Shown: positions 41,051 through 51,521 of the stretch, piece by piece
How positions within the stretch are numbered: the stretch's first letter is position 1
Layout of the letters: the number at the start of each line of letters is the position of its first letter
Assembly: GCA_029251085.1 (NCBI GenBank)
Contig: JAQXDZ010000039.1
Span: 564-64,563 of the forward strand
Length of the DNA stretch: 64,000 nt
DNA from: Mariniblastus sp.
GTDB taxonomy: Bacteria > Planctomycetota > Planctomycetia > Pirellulales > Pirellulaceae
Direction: 5' to 3'
Program-made: the position numbers and the translations under genes
The notes under the pieces: generated by a model
Told to the model about the DNA's origin: nothing
What the model saw: only the letters and a program-made list of their open reading frames with translations
Database searches by the model: none

Positions 41051-41359
41051 TTAAAGTCTGAGATAAGTGCCCAGGCCATTGATCGCGGAACGCTCCGAGC
41101 ACAACACGTATGTTGGTGAAGCCGCAAAACATCGAGACGGAGCGAATTCGAGTGGGCGAAAGAATGAAAACACGTAACGAGACGACGCTAAAACGTCGTC
41201 ATCCTCGCGAGCCGAAAGCAATTCGACTTCCTGGGTCACGGTTTCGTGAGCACACTCCTCGAACGAATGGAAACCACTGCAACAAAAGGCTAGCGTAATC
41301 AGCGCAAAAATTGCGCCGAGATTTTTTACCCTTGAAAAGTTGTCAGAGATTGATTTCAT
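41051..41359 (-). CDS. Hypothetical 102-aa protein upstream of carbonic anhydrase (candidate leader)
   Basis: From ATG 41359: hydrophobic LGAIFALITLAFCC segment, acidic middle, C-terminus ERSAINGLGTYLRL. Confidence 0.55.
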   Translation of the reverse strand: MKSISDNFSRVKNLGAIFALITLAFCCSGFHSFEECAHETVTQEVELLSAREDDDVLASSRYVFSFFRPLEFAPSRCFAASPTYVLCSERSAINGLGTYLRL

Positions 41360-41634
41360 GTTTGGTCTAACCGAAGTGCTGATCTTTTTACAACAATCGT
41401 CTTCAAAAGAAAAGTTGACTTTATCGCTTCGTCTAAAGTACGTTTCCGATTGCACAAAATCACTAAAAACCGGATCATTAAACAGCTATTTTCACGGTTA
41501 CGTTGGCTCCATTACCGCCACAGCACGGCGGCATGAAGATTCCTACACAAATCACTCCTATGCTGGCATGTCTTCTCAATGATTTTCCTTTTCAATCAAA
41601 CACAGCCGGCACGACAACAGACTCGAGGCGCAAT

Positions 41635-41669
41635 AAAAAAACCCGTCAATTGTATTCAATTGACGGGTT
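41635..41669 (-). terminator. Intrinsic terminator of tRNA-Ser
   Basis: Minus strand AACCCGTCAATTG-AATA-CAATTGACGGGTT, a 13-bp perfect stem plus a T-run. Confidence 0.85.
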
Positions 41670-41675
41670 CAACAG

Positions 41676-41764
41676 CGGAAGAGACAGGATTCGAACCTGC
41701 GGAACGATTTGACTCGTTCACCTAATTAGCAATCAGGCGCTTTCGACCACTCAGCCACTCTTCC
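41676..41764 (-). tRNA. tRNA-Ser(GCT)
   Basis: Reverse complement GGAAGAGTGGCTGAGTGGTCGAAAGCGCCTGATTGCTAATTAGGTGAACGAGTCAAATCGTTCCGCAGGTTCGAATCCTGTCTCTTCCG; long variable arm, anticodon GCT, G discriminator. Confidence 0.96.
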
Positions 41765-41948
41765 ATATCAGCTATTCTCGAAGCGGCAAAGCCTCGCTGC
41801 TTCGAACCCAGATTCTCTAAAGATCCACCATTTCTTTCAAGGTCTGAATGCCCTGAAAATGGAAAACGCGAAGCATTTTACAACGAATTTTCCAGTTACG
41901 GTCAGTCGATGGATCGCAAACCCCAACTTATACAACTTTACCAGCCAT

Positions 41949-42452
41949 TTATCGGTCTGTAGGAGACGCGAGCATGAGTTGCCAAACGCCGACATCAATC
42001 CATTGGTCAAATTTAAAGCCCACCTCCCGATGATGTCCAACGGGCCGGAAACCAAATTTTTCATGCATCCGCACGCTTTGTTCATTCGGCAATGCAATTA
42101 GCCCCAGCACTGTTTTAAAATCGTTTTCAGCCAATTCCTCGAATAATTTTCGATAAAGCTGGCTTCCAATGCCCGAACCCATTCGGGCTTGGTCGACATA
42201 AACTGCGCTTTCCACGGTAAACCGATAGGCCGCTCGCGTCCTCCAAGGGGTTGCGTAGGCGTATCCAGCGACCCGCCCGTCAACCTCGTAAACCAACCAT
42301 GGATAATTCCGCGAGGTAAGGTCATCGATCCTCGCAGAAAGATCCAGCGCCGTCAGACAGCTTTCTTCGAAAGTTATCGTCGTGTGCTCAATGTAGTGGT
42401 TGTAAATTGCCGCTATCTCACCGGCATCTTGGAGTGTCACTTGCCTAATCAT
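41949..42452 (-). CDS. GNAT N-acetyltransferase (phosphinothricin acetyltransferase/YncA/ArsN family)
   Basis: IYNHYI..T.ITFEE, R.AYRFTVES.VYV, G.GIGS.L, LPNE.SVR.HEKFGF and VGFKF.QW.DV. Confidence 0.9.
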   Translation of the reverse strand: MIRQVTLQDAGEIAAIYNHYIEHTTITFEESCLTALDLSARIDDLTSRNYPWLVYEVDGRVAGYAYATPWRTRAAYRFTVESAVYVDQARMGSGIGSQLYRKLFEELAENDFKTVLGLIALPNEQSVRMHEKFGFRPVGHHREVGFKFDQWIDVGVWQLMLASPTDR

Positions 42453-42463
42453 GGTTGTGACCA

Positions 42464-44545
42464 CTATTTCCCGAGTTGATCCGCAAGTGAATCAGCCCCA
42501 TAAATATTTCGAATCGCATCCCGAATCGCATTCGAATGAACACTGGTTGAGCGTCCCTGGCGGTCGCTGTAAAGATAATCAGCCGTAAGTGATTGAATGT
42601 TGCCATCAAAAATTAGTCCGACTAGTTCCATCTTTTCGTTAATGACAGGACTACCAGAATTTCCACCGATGATGTCGGCTGTGCAAACAAAGTTGTACGG
42701 CGTAGCGAGGTCGATCTTTTTTGCATCGCGAGCCACGTGCCAACTCTTTGGAAGGTCGAAATATTCCTGTCCAGCATGGGCGGCTTCGTGTTGGAAGGCT
42801 CCACCAAAGTTCGTCATCGAAGGGATTTCTTTCCCCTTTTCGGTGTATCCTAGAACAGGTCCAAATGCCAAACGCAAGCTAAACGTTGCGTCGGGATACG
42901 TCGAAGTTCCTTGAGTCGCAAACTGAGCCTCGGCAATTTGAGCGTAGGCTTGTCGCTCGATTTCAGCCAATTCATCGCCCGCCAACTGCTCCGCCCGAAC
43001 TTCTGAATCCACCATTCGCGCCAATTGGATAAGCGGATCGGTCGACGCTTCAATGGCTTTTGAGCCTCCTGCGGCCAACGTTTTTCGAAACTCTGGATCG
43101 TCCAGTTTCGTGCCGCTAATTAGTTCTTCTCCACGATCGATGGGGCTTTTCCCAGCAAGGATTTTTTGGCAAAGCTCGTCATCGCCGCCACGCCTTTCAA
43201 CCATTCGGCTGATCAGATCCGAAATAATTACCTGCTCGAGATCCTTGTAAACCGGAGCCGTTGAGAACAACTGCTGTTCCAAAGAAGCACGATTTGAATC
43301 CCGGTAAGCCGGCATACGTTCCGCTGATGGCTTTTTATCTTCCTCGGCCATCTGAACTAACTGCTGGGCCAGATTGAATAACTGCTCATTCAAATTGACT
43401 CCCATTCCTTGTGTCGCTGCTCTTCGCTTTTGGACATCGGCAATTTTCTCCCAAGCACCCGCGTATTTGCGAAGTTTTGGATCTGCCTCGATCTTAGCCA
43501 GCAGATTGGCTTCTGCTTGCTCTTTAGCACTCATTACAGCGGGGTCTTGGAGCCCCTGCAACATTCCCATTCGTGCTTTTCTTGCATTCTGGAATCCGAA
43601 CAAACCATCGTGTGCACGTCGGGCAGATTCTTTGCCTTGAAGGGCAAACTGCTGAAGCAGAACCTCACGTCGACGAATGAAGTCAAGAATATAAGGCAGG
43701 CGAACGTCCCGTTGATGCTTCAGCGCCGCGACCGTGAAAATTCGGCTGGTCCGACCCGGGTTACCCGCAACAAAAACTAACTCTTTGTCGGCAGGCCCAT
43801 TCGGAGACCATTTGAGAAAATGCTCGATCTTGGCTGGTTTTCCATCTTCGTACACTCTGAAAATACAGGCGTCCAAGCAATACCGAGGATACTCGAAATT
43901 GTCAGCGTCACCGCCGAAAAACGCCGCGTTGGCTTCCGGTGACCAAACAAGGCGAACGTCCGTGTATTTTTTATATTGGTAAAGGTGATAACGCCCCCCG
44001 CCGTATAATGTCACGACGTTCGAACGTAGACCCGATTCATCAGTGGCTTGCTTTTCAATATTTGCAATCGCCGCCCGCCGTGCTTTCGCAGCCTCCGCTG
44101 CCGACAACCCCGGGGTAACCGCTGCGTTTACCTGTGCCGTCACGTCCTTAATGTTGAGCAGCTGGTTTAGCTCGAGATCAGGGGCTTTTAGTTCTTCACC
44201 GAAATTTTTGGCCAGGAAACCGTCGTTGTAATAATCGTTTTCCTCATTAGACAGTTTAAAAAGCGTATCAGACCCAACGTGATGGTTGGTGAGCACTAAA
44301 CCATTACTGGAAATAAACGAAGCTGAGCCACCGACATTGAATCGAACACATGATTTCATGACGTGCTCCGACCACTCTGGAGTCGGAGTGAAACCGTACT
44401 TATCTTTTAGATGCTTGATCGGCAGATCGTTAAACAGCCACATTCCTTCGTCGGCGACCAAGGTTCCCATCAACAAGGGAAGCATCGCAAGTGCAATCGA
44501 AACGCGGGTTAGCGTGCTCATAAAATCGGGAATCCCAAAGTTCAT
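42464..44545 (-). CDS. S46 family dipeptidyl peptidase
   Basis: ADEGMW after the signal peptide, TNHHV, YPDATFSLRL and catalytic DIIGGNSGSPV. Start moved to ATG 44545 (or 44521). Confidence 0.92.
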   Translation of the reverse strand: MNFGIPDFMSTLTRVSIALAMLPLLMGTLVADEGMWLFNDLPIKHLKDKYGFTPTPEWSEHVMKSCVRFNVGGSASFISSNGLVLTNHHVGSDTLFKLSNEENDYYNDGFLAKNFGEELKAPDLELNQLLNIKDVTAQVNAAVTPGLSAAEAAKARRAAIANIEKQATDESGLRSNVVTLYGGGRYHLYQYKKYTDVRLVWSPEANAAFFGGDADNFEYPRYCLDACIFRVYEDGKPAKIEHFLKWSPNGPADKELVFVAGNPGRTSRIFTVAALKHQRDVRLPYILDFIRRREVLLQQFALQGKESARRAHDGLFGFQNARKARMGMLQGLQDPAVMSAKEQAEANLLAKIEADPKLRKYAGAWEKIADVQKRRAATQGMGVNLNEQLFNLAQQLVQMAEEDKKPSAERMPAYRDSNRASLEQQLFSTAPVYKDLEQVIISDLISRMVERRGGDDELCQKILAGKSPIDRGEELISGTKLDDPEFRKTLAAGGSKAIEASTDPLIQLARMVDSEVRAEQLAGDELAEIERQAYAQIAEAQFATQGTSTYPDATFSLRLAFGPVLGYTEKGKEIPSMTNFGGAFQHEAAHAGQEYFDLPKSWHVARDAKKIDLATPYNFVCTADIIGGNSGSPVINEKMELVGLIFDGNIQSLTADYLYSDRQGRSTSVHSNAIRDAIRNIYGADSLADQLGK

Positions 44546-44746
44546 CTGTCTGCCTTTCGCTACAAGTAACCTAGAAGTTTGCATCTTATCCGTGACCCAA
44601 AAACGCCGCAACCGATTTGGTCCGACGCGGGTTTGTTTAAAACACAGATTGACCAATAAGTTTAACCCAACACGCACTTTAACCGAAATCTTTCATCGGC
44701 GAGCATTCAAATGTTGGTCGTTCCGTGTTTCAGCGAACCAAGTTAA

Positions 44747-46789
44747 TCAAAGAGAATTAACCTTAGCCACAATTCCGTCGGCTGTGATGCCGAAGTGTTC
44801 GTACAGTAACTCAGCGGGGGCTGAGGCGCCGAATGAATCCATTCCAACGAAAGCTCCACCTGCGCCAAGGTATCGCTCCCAGCCCATTTTTATTCCTGCC
44901 TCAACTGCGACGCGGCGACTCACGGCAGACGGCAACACCGACTCCCGATATTCCGCCGATTGCTCATCAAACAGTTCCCAACAGGGCATACTGACAACTC
45001 TCGCTTTGGTTCCTTCGGCGGCCAGTTTTTCCGCCGCCTCCAGGCAATATTGAACTTCGCTTCCCGTGCCCATGAGGATTACGTCCGGCGTGCCATCGGT
45101 ATCGAGTAGCGTATAGCCGCCCCGGGTCGCACCTTCGGCACTTTGATAATGGGAGCGATCTAATGTCGGCAAGTTTTGCCGACTAAGCACTAACACCGAT
45201 GGTCGTTTTGAATCTGCCAAAGCAGCGTGATAACATTGCGCAACTTCGTTGGCGTCTCCCGGTCGCATTACCAGCACATTCGGAATCGCGCGACAGGCCG
45301 CCAAATGCTCAACTGGTTGGTGAGTTGGGCCATCCTCTCCCAATCCAATCGAATCGTGCGTCATGATGTACATGACCGGTTGGTGCATGATGCTGCTTAA
45401 CCGAAGCGACGGACGGAGGTAATCCGTAAATACGAAGAACGTTGCTACGTAGGGGCGAATACCACACAGCGACATTCCATTGCCGATGGCGGCCATCGCG
45501 TGCTCTCGAATTCCAAAATGGAAATTCTTACCACTGAAATCAGAACCGCTAAAGTGCCCGGCAGCGGGATCGTCATTGTTCGATTTGTTAGACCCCGCAA
45601 GGTCGGCCGATCCGCCAATAAAGTTTGGTACCGCGGAAGCCACGGCATTTAAAACTTTACCCGATGAAACGCGGGTCGCCATTCCTTTGGAATCGGTCTC
45701 GAATTCAGGGATTGACGTTTCCCAACCTTCGGGAAGTTTACCGGCAAACAAGGTTTCTAATTCCTTGAATTCGGTCGGAAACGCCTCTGCGTAAGACGCG
45801 TATTTCTCAGTCCATTGAGCGTGAGCACTGCCGCCTCTTCCACCCAATTTCGCTCTAAAATCATCAGTGGCTTCGACCGGAACTGCAAACTTTTCATGTT
45901 TCCATCCATAGTTCTCTTTCGCTAACGCGATCTCTTCCTCACCCAGCGGCGATCCATGAGCCCCGGAAGTATCTTGTTTGTTAGGCGCCCCAAAACCAAT
46001 GATACTCTTTAATACAATCAAGGTTGGGCGGTCGTCTGTTTCTAAAAACTTGGCATAGGCAGCGTCTAAACTAGCCATGTCATTGGCGTCGGTTACCGTG
46101 ATTACTTGCCAACCTAGGCTTTCAAATCGTGCAGGAACGTCTTCGCTAAATGCCAATTCCGTTCGACCTTCGATTGTGATTTCATTGTCGTCATAGACCC
46201 AGCACAGGTTTGACAACTTCAGATGCCCGGCCAGCGACGCCGCCTCGCAACCAATGCCTTCCATCACATCACCGTCACTGCAAATTGCATAGGTATTAAA
46301 ACCAAACAGCTCGAAACCTGGCCTGTCGTATGTCGCTGCCAACCATTTTCCAGCGATCGCCATACCGACGCTGTTGCCCAAACCTTGCCCCAATGGGCCC
46401 GTGGTGGTCTCGATACCCGCGGCGTACCCGTATTCAGGGTGCCCAGCACAAGGACTTGTGATTTGTCGAAAGTTCTTGATGTCGTCTAACGAGATTGCCA
46501 ATCCATCTGTTGGGTTTCCGGACTCGTCCGTTTTGGCAACACCGGCAAGGTGGATCAGCGAGTAAAGCAACATGGAAGCGTGCCCACAGGAAAGCACAAA
46601 ACGATCACGGGCAACCCAATTCGGATTGGCTGGATCATAATTCAGGAAATTTGACCACAGTGAATAGGCAACAGGAGCCAAAGCCATGGGTGTACCCGGA
46701 TGGCCGCTGTTGGCCGCCTGGACAGCATCCATGGAAAGGGTGCGGATCGTATCTATTGTTATTTCCTGAACATCAGTTGATGCTGTCAT
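44747..46789 (-). CDS. tkt: Transketolase
   Basis: SGHPG.PM, RDRFVLSCGH, TTGPLGQG, FGIREHAM and HDSIGLGEDGPTHQP. Confidence 0.98.
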   Translation of the reverse strand: MTASTDVQEITIDTIRTLSMDAVQAANSGHPGTPMALAPVAYSLWSNFLNYDPANPNWVARDRFVLSCGHASMLLYSLIHLAGVAKTDESGNPTDGLAISLDDIKNFRQITSPCAGHPEYGYAAGIETTTGPLGQGLGNSVGMAIAGKWLAATYDRPGFELFGFNTYAICSDGDVMEGIGCEAASLAGHLKLSNLCWVYDDNEITIEGRTELAFSEDVPARFESLGWQVITVTDANDMASLDAAYAKFLETDDRPTLIVLKSIIGFGAPNKQDTSGAHGSPLGEEEIALAKENYGWKHEKFAVPVEATDDFRAKLGGRGGSAHAQWTEKYASYAEAFPTEFKELETLFAGKLPEGWETSIPEFETDSKGMATRVSSGKVLNAVASAVPNFIGGSADLAGSNKSNNDDPAAGHFSGSDFSGKNFHFGIREHAMAAIGNGMSLCGIRPYVATFFVFTDYLRPSLRLSSIMHQPVMYIMTHDSIGLGEDGPTHQPVEHLAACRAIPNVLVMRPGDANEVAQCYHAALADSKRPSVLVLSRQNLPTLDRSHYQSAEGATRGGYTLLDTDGTPDVILMGTGSEVQYCLEAAEKLAAEGTKARVVSMPCWELFDEQSAEYRESVLPSAVSRRVAVEAGIKMGWERYLGAGGAFVGMDSFGASAPAELLYEHFGITADGIVAKVNSL

Positions 46790-47284
46790 CTTTGAGTCCT
46801 TATTGCGTTTTAGTCAACGCGAAGCTGTAGGGGCGTTTTTTATTCGGCGTCTACTTAAGCCAGATTGTCTAATAATATTCGTTCTCAGGCGTCTCAATTT
46901 TGAAATGCCCCGATTCGATCCATCCGTCAGGCCTACCAAACGCCTAAATCGCGATATTCCGGGAGCAGCAAAGTGTTTCGACACGCCGAAACTTCGCCAA
47001 TTCTAGCCTTCGATCCCGTTTTATGTTAGCTGTCAGACCAACAATTTATCGGCAAGCGGAACCTACGGTCAACCTATTCGGGTACCTGATAAATTTATGG
47101 GGTAATGGTGAAAATCTATATTCCAATCCTCCCTACAACCGACCGACTAAAATTGCCCAACCTAAGTCGGTCAAAATGGGTGGTGGGGCCGATCGTTCAA
47201 AATCAGGTGGGAATTTACTTTGCTTTTGACGTATTTTAGGCAAAAGACTAGAATACAAGGGACATAACTAATAAGGGTAGCACG

Positions 47285-48442
47285 ATGAGACGACCAATTG
47301 GAAATCGCGGCAGCCAAGGAAAATCTCCGGCAACGCCTCCGACTCAGACTTCCAACTCAGGAGAAATCGATCGGCGATCTTTTCACCGCCTCGCCGCTGC
47401 CGGCCTTGGCGCGTTGGCGATCCCAGTGATTCCAGGGGCCGCGACACCACCGTGGCCGAGGGATCGAAAAGATTCAAAGACAGAAAAATCACCCGCCGAG
47501 CTCGTAGCTCCCGCGCGAAAATCTATCGATAAAGGTCTCGATTTCTTACTTCGCAGCCAAGTCAAATCTGGTCGTAACCGAGGAGCATTTAGTAACAGCG
47601 GAATTTCTTCCGGCGTAGCCACAGCCTCGTTGGGCGGACTGGCCATGATGTGCGGCGGACATATGCCCGGGTTGGGCAAGTTCGGAAAATCGATCGACAT
47701 GTGCGTCGAGTATGTTTTGAAAAATGTTCGAGAAACCGGATACATCGCAACACGCGACGGTGGAGCGAGAGAAAACATGTACGGCCATGGCTTCAGCATG
47801 TTATTTCTTTCCCAGGCCTATGGGATGACGCGGAAACGTGAGATTGGCGACAAGCTACGCAAGGCTGTCGAGCTAACCTGTAACAGTCAAAACAACCAAG
47901 GCGGATGGCGTTACCAACCCACCAAGAGCGACGCTGATCTCTCCATCACGGTTTGCCAAATCATGGGCTTACGAGGGGCTCGGGATGCGGGAATTGATGT
48001 CCCGGACGAAGTTCGAAAAAAATGTATCGAATACGTCAAAAAAAGCCAAAACCCAAACGGAAGTTTCCGCTACACCATGCAAGGCGGACACACGACGTTC
48101 GCGATGACCGCTGCCGGCGTCACCTCGCTGTACAGCGCTGGAATTTACGAAGGCGAACAGGTTGAAAAGGCGATCGCCTATTTAATGAAGTTCAAACCAA
48201 ATGGTGCCCAGCAAGGTGGCGGCCATTACTTCTACTCCAACTATTACGCCGTTCAGGCGATGTGGCATGCCGGAGGCAAACCCTGGGACGAGTGGTATCC
48301 ACTTATCAGAAACCAGTTGATGAAGAACCAAACGGCAGAAGGTTCTTGGCGTTCCAGTGAAGCCGGTGCTGAATTTGGAGCGGCGATGGGATGTATCATC
48401 CTCCAAATGCCACTCAATTACGTTCCAGTATTTTCCCCGTAA
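47285..48442 (+). CDS. Prenyltransferase/squalene oxidase repeat protein with a Tat-like signal
   Basis: DRRSF twin-arginine motif plus hydrophobic stretch; QW-type repeats SQNNQGGWRY, SQNPNGSFRY and NQTAEGSW; MYGHGF. Confidence 0.8.
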   Translation: MRRPIGNRGSQGKSPATPPTQTSNSGEIDRRSFHRLAAAGLGALAIPVIPGAATPPWPRDRKDSKTEKSPAELVAPARKSIDKGLDFLLRSQVKSGRNRGAFSNSGISSGVATASLGGLAMMCGGHMPGLGKFGKSIDMCVEYVLKNVRETGYIATRDGGARENMYGHGFSMLFLSQAYGMTRKREIGDKLRKAVELTCNSQNNQGGWRYQPTKSDADLSITVCQIMGLRGARDAGIDVPDEVRKKCIEYVKKSQNPNGSFRYTMQGGHTTFAMTAAGVTSLYSAGIYEGEQVEKAIAYLMKFKPNGAQQGGGHYFYSNYYAVQAMWHAGGKPWDEWYPLIRNQLMKNQTAEGSWRSSEAGAEFGAAMGCIILQMPLNYVPVFSP

Positions 48443-48565
48443 TTAATTGGCCTCTTCGTTATTCAATTACCTAAAACGGATGACCGACCTCCCGTTGGCC
48501 AGCGGCAGTTGCCCTGACCATTCAATTTCTGGTCGGCTAAACCATTAACCCAAAATTATATAGCT

Positions 48566-49969
48566 ATGCAAAATAAACAAAAACTTTCGCGTCGAAAATT
48601 TGTCCAGGGAACCCTTGCGGCCGGTTTGGCGACAGGCGGCTTCCTATCAACCCAACGCGTTTTCGGTTTTAACTCACCTAACGATCGTCCGGTATTCGCA
48701 ACCATTGGACTGCGGAACCAAGGTGTCGCAATCACCAACAAATCGACAAAGTTTGCCGATTTTGCTGCGTTGGCAGACGTGGATTCTAAAGTGCTTGGCA
48801 CCAACGTCGTTAACCTGGAAAAGCGTCAGAGTAAAAAACCTGATTCCTACAGTGACTACCGACGTATTTTAGATCGTAAAGACATCGATGCGGTCATGAT
48901 TGCGACGCCAGACCACTGGCATACGAAGATCGCCGTCGAGGCGATGTTGGCCGGTAAGGATGTCTACTGCGAAAAACCTTTAACCTTGACAATCGATGAA
49001 GGAAAGTTGATCGAAAAGATCAAGTCACAAACCGGTCGCACATTCCAAGTCGGAACCATGCAGCGAAGCGAGTGTAACGAGCGGTTCTTGCAAGCCATCG
49101 CGTTGGTTAGGGCCGGCCGCATTGGAAAAGTGAAAAAGGTAACTTGTGGGATTGGCGGTTTCGGCCCCTCCCCTGTCATCCCCGAAGCTCCAGTTCCTGC
49201 AGAGATGGACTGGGACAAATGGCTTGGACCAGCTCCAAAGGTTGCTTACCGGGCGCTTCCAGAAATGCGAAAGGGGTACGGCGGAGGCGTTCCACTTTAT
49301 AGCAACTGTCACTATGCGTTTCGTAATTGGCACGCCTATTCTGGTGGCAAACTAACCGACTGGGGTGCTCATCACGTCGACATCGCTTGCTGGGCACTTT
49401 CTCCCAAAAACAACGGTTCCGACGATCGAGCGTCGGTTCAAATGCGGGCTAAAAAAGTTACGCCCGTCGATTACAAATTCGATGTCGAGTACGACAAGAA
49501 TGGCTATCCACTGGTCGATGATAAGTATGACATCGCAATCCAATACAACATTAAAGTGGACATGCTTGATGGAGTTGAACTTTTAATTACCAACGAAGGT
49601 GATAATGGCATCCTGTTCGAGGGCACCAAAGGAAGGTTCTTCGTAAACCGAGGAAAAATCGTTGGCAAGCCTGTTGAGGATCTGGCTAACAATCCACTCC
49701 CAGCCAACGCCGTTGAAGATGTTTACGGTGGTCCCGTGCCGGAAAACCATACGCTCAATTTCATCGAAGCAATCAATAACAAGGTAGAACCCATCTCGGA
49801 TGTTTGGACCCACAATCAAATGCTAGAAATCTGTCATTTGTCCAATATCGCGATGCGTTTAGGGCGACCACTCGATTGGGACCCTAACAAGCGTGAGGTG
49901 ATTGGTGACAAACAAGCCAACTCATTCCTATCTCGTGAAAACCGAAAAGGTTTCGAAATCAACATGTAA
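48566..49969 (+). CDS. Tat-exported Gfo/Idh/MocA oxidoreductase
   Basis: SRRKFV, IATPDHWH, DVYCEKP, QVGTMQRS and DWGAHHVD. Confidence 0.92.
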   Translation: MQNKQKLSRRKFVQGTLAAGLATGGFLSTQRVFGFNSPNDRPVFATIGLRNQGVAITNKSTKFADFAALADVDSKVLGTNVVNLEKRQSKKPDSYSDYRRILDRKDIDAVMIATPDHWHTKIAVEAMLAGKDVYCEKPLTLTIDEGKLIEKIKSQTGRTFQVGTMQRSECNERFLQAIALVRAGRIGKVKKVTCGIGGFGPSPVIPEAPVPAEMDWDKWLGPAPKVAYRALPEMRKGYGGGVPLYSNCHYAFRNWHAYSGGKLTDWGAHHVDIACWALSPKNNGSDDRASVQMRAKKVTPVDYKFDVEYDKNGYPLVDDKYDIAIQYNIKVDMLDGVELLITNEGDNGILFEGTKGRFFVNRGKIVGKPVEDLANNPLPANAVEDVYGGPVPENHTLNFIEAINNKVEPISDVWTHNQMLEICHLSNIAMRLGRPLDWDPNKREVIGDKQANSFLSRENRKGFEINM

Positions 49970-50060
49970 TGCTCGATTCCAGTCTAGGGTTGAGATAAGT
50001 AATTTTCGTTTGAGTTATTGATCGAACATTCGAACAAGATTGGTTTCATATCTTTAAACT

Positions 50061-50092
50061 GGCTCTCGGCATTTGCTTGTCGAGAGCTTTTT
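50061..50092 (+). terminator. Intrinsic terminator after the oxidoreductase gene
   Basis: GCTCTCGGCA-TTTGCT-TGTCGAGAGC followed by T5. Confidence 0.7.
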
Positions 50093-50427
50093 CGATTTAC
50101 AGACAAATCAACAGCGGCACGTTGGCAAGCGTCACTGTAGGGGTTCGGTTCCCCCCAAGTCCTCTATTCTTCAAAGACAACAATGCAGCACCGAGTCTGA
50201 GCGCTCATTTTTCGAATGCGATTCTGCCAAAACGTTTCCAACGTAAGCATCGCTGAACCTTCGGCGGGGCCCTTCACTCGATCTGCTTTTCAGGAAGAGT
50301 TTGATGCAAATTTTTTTGTAGTCAACGAAGTGTCAGCCGCATCGACATTGCCGAACTGCTAGAATCCGAGTCTCAGATTAAAACCGTTCCGAAAGCAACC
50401 AGCAGAAATTCTTCTTCCGAAAATACC

Positions 50428-51405
50428 ATGATGCCTCAATCCAAGCGTTCTTTAAAGACTGATCTCACTTCTCGAAAATCATGGTTAGCAACCTGTAGCG
50501 GTGCGCTGCGGATCGTTTTTTCGATCGTCTTTGTTTTGAATGCCGGGTCCGGCGAGGCTGTTGCTCAACAAACTGCCCCCAACAAATCCACCAATCTTCG
50601 CGTCATGAGTTTTAATATTCGAAACGGTCGGGCCAATGATGGTGACAACAGTTGGAAACATCGAAAAGAATTCGCTGCGGATATAATCCGAGATGCGAAG
50701 CTCGATGTTGTCGGCTTGCAGGAGGCTTTTCGATTCCAACTGGACGACCTTCGCAAACAACTGCCGGAGTTTGAAGAGGCTGGCGAAGGCAGGGACGGAG
50801 GAGAAAAAGGTGAATACTCCGCTATTCTTTTCCGAGGCGACCGATTTACCAAATTGGAATCCGGCACGTTTTGGTTATCCGACACACCCGAGGTCAAATC
50901 TCGACATTGGGGCAATCGCTATTTGCGTGTTTGCACTTGGGTTCGCCTAAAAGTTAACAAGACGTCTCAATGTTTTTATGTTTACAACACCCATTTTGAT
51001 CACCAATCTCAAAACGCCCGAATGAAGTCTTCGCAACTGATTGCCAAGCGGATTAGCACTAGGGAACACCAGGATCCCTTTCTGGTCACCGGTGATTTTA
51101 ACGCTGATGAAAGCAATCCAGTAATCCTGTACCTCAAAGGCAAATCAACACAATTACCGGCAAGCCCAATTCAAGTTGTCGACTCTTTTCGCAAACTGCA
51201 CCCAAATGAAAAGATGGTCGGCACCGGTGGTGGATTTGAGGGTCGTTCGGACGGTAAAAAAATAGATTACGTTTTTGTTCAGCCAAATGTTAACGTCATT
51301 CAGGCATCGATCATTCGGACCAACCGGGAGGGAAAATTCCCTTCTGACCACTCTCCAGTCATGGCAGAACTCAGGCTCTCGACAAATCAGCACAACGACC
51401 GATAA
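50428..51405 (+). CDS. Exported endonuclease/exonuclease/phosphatase family protein
   Basis: VMSFNIR, GLQE, GTFWLSDTP, NTHFDH, GDFN, KIDYVF and SDH.PV. Confidence 0.9.
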   Translation: MMPQSKRSLKTDLTSRKSWLATCSGALRIVFSIVFVLNAGSGEAVAQQTAPNKSTNLRVMSFNIRNGRANDGDNSWKHRKEFAADIIRDAKLDVVGLQEAFRFQLDDLRKQLPEFEEAGEGRDGGEKGEYSAILFRGDRFTKLESGTFWLSDTPEVKSRHWGNRYLRVCTWVRLKVNKTSQCFYVYNTHFDHQSQNARMKSSQLIAKRISTREHQDPFLVTGDFNADESNPVILYLKGKSTQLPASPIQVVDSFRKLHPNEKMVGTGGGFEGRSDGKKIDYVFVQPNVNVIQASIIRTNREGKFPSDHSPVMAELRLSTNQHNDR

Positions 51406-51521
51406 TGGCGAACGATGTCACCATTTAATGTGGCGGACATGGCAAACGGGTTAGATTCTAGTTCGTCGACTCGGCGAGATTAACCACAGCCAATCCAACT
51501 CGTAGTAAGCTCCTTACGTTT

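Noticed and set aside
44286..45053. 255-aa plus-strand ORF and other long antisense ORFs (e.g. 29803-30306, 37438-37686)
   Set aside because: They are shadows of well-supported opposite-strand genes and carry no recognisable motifs.
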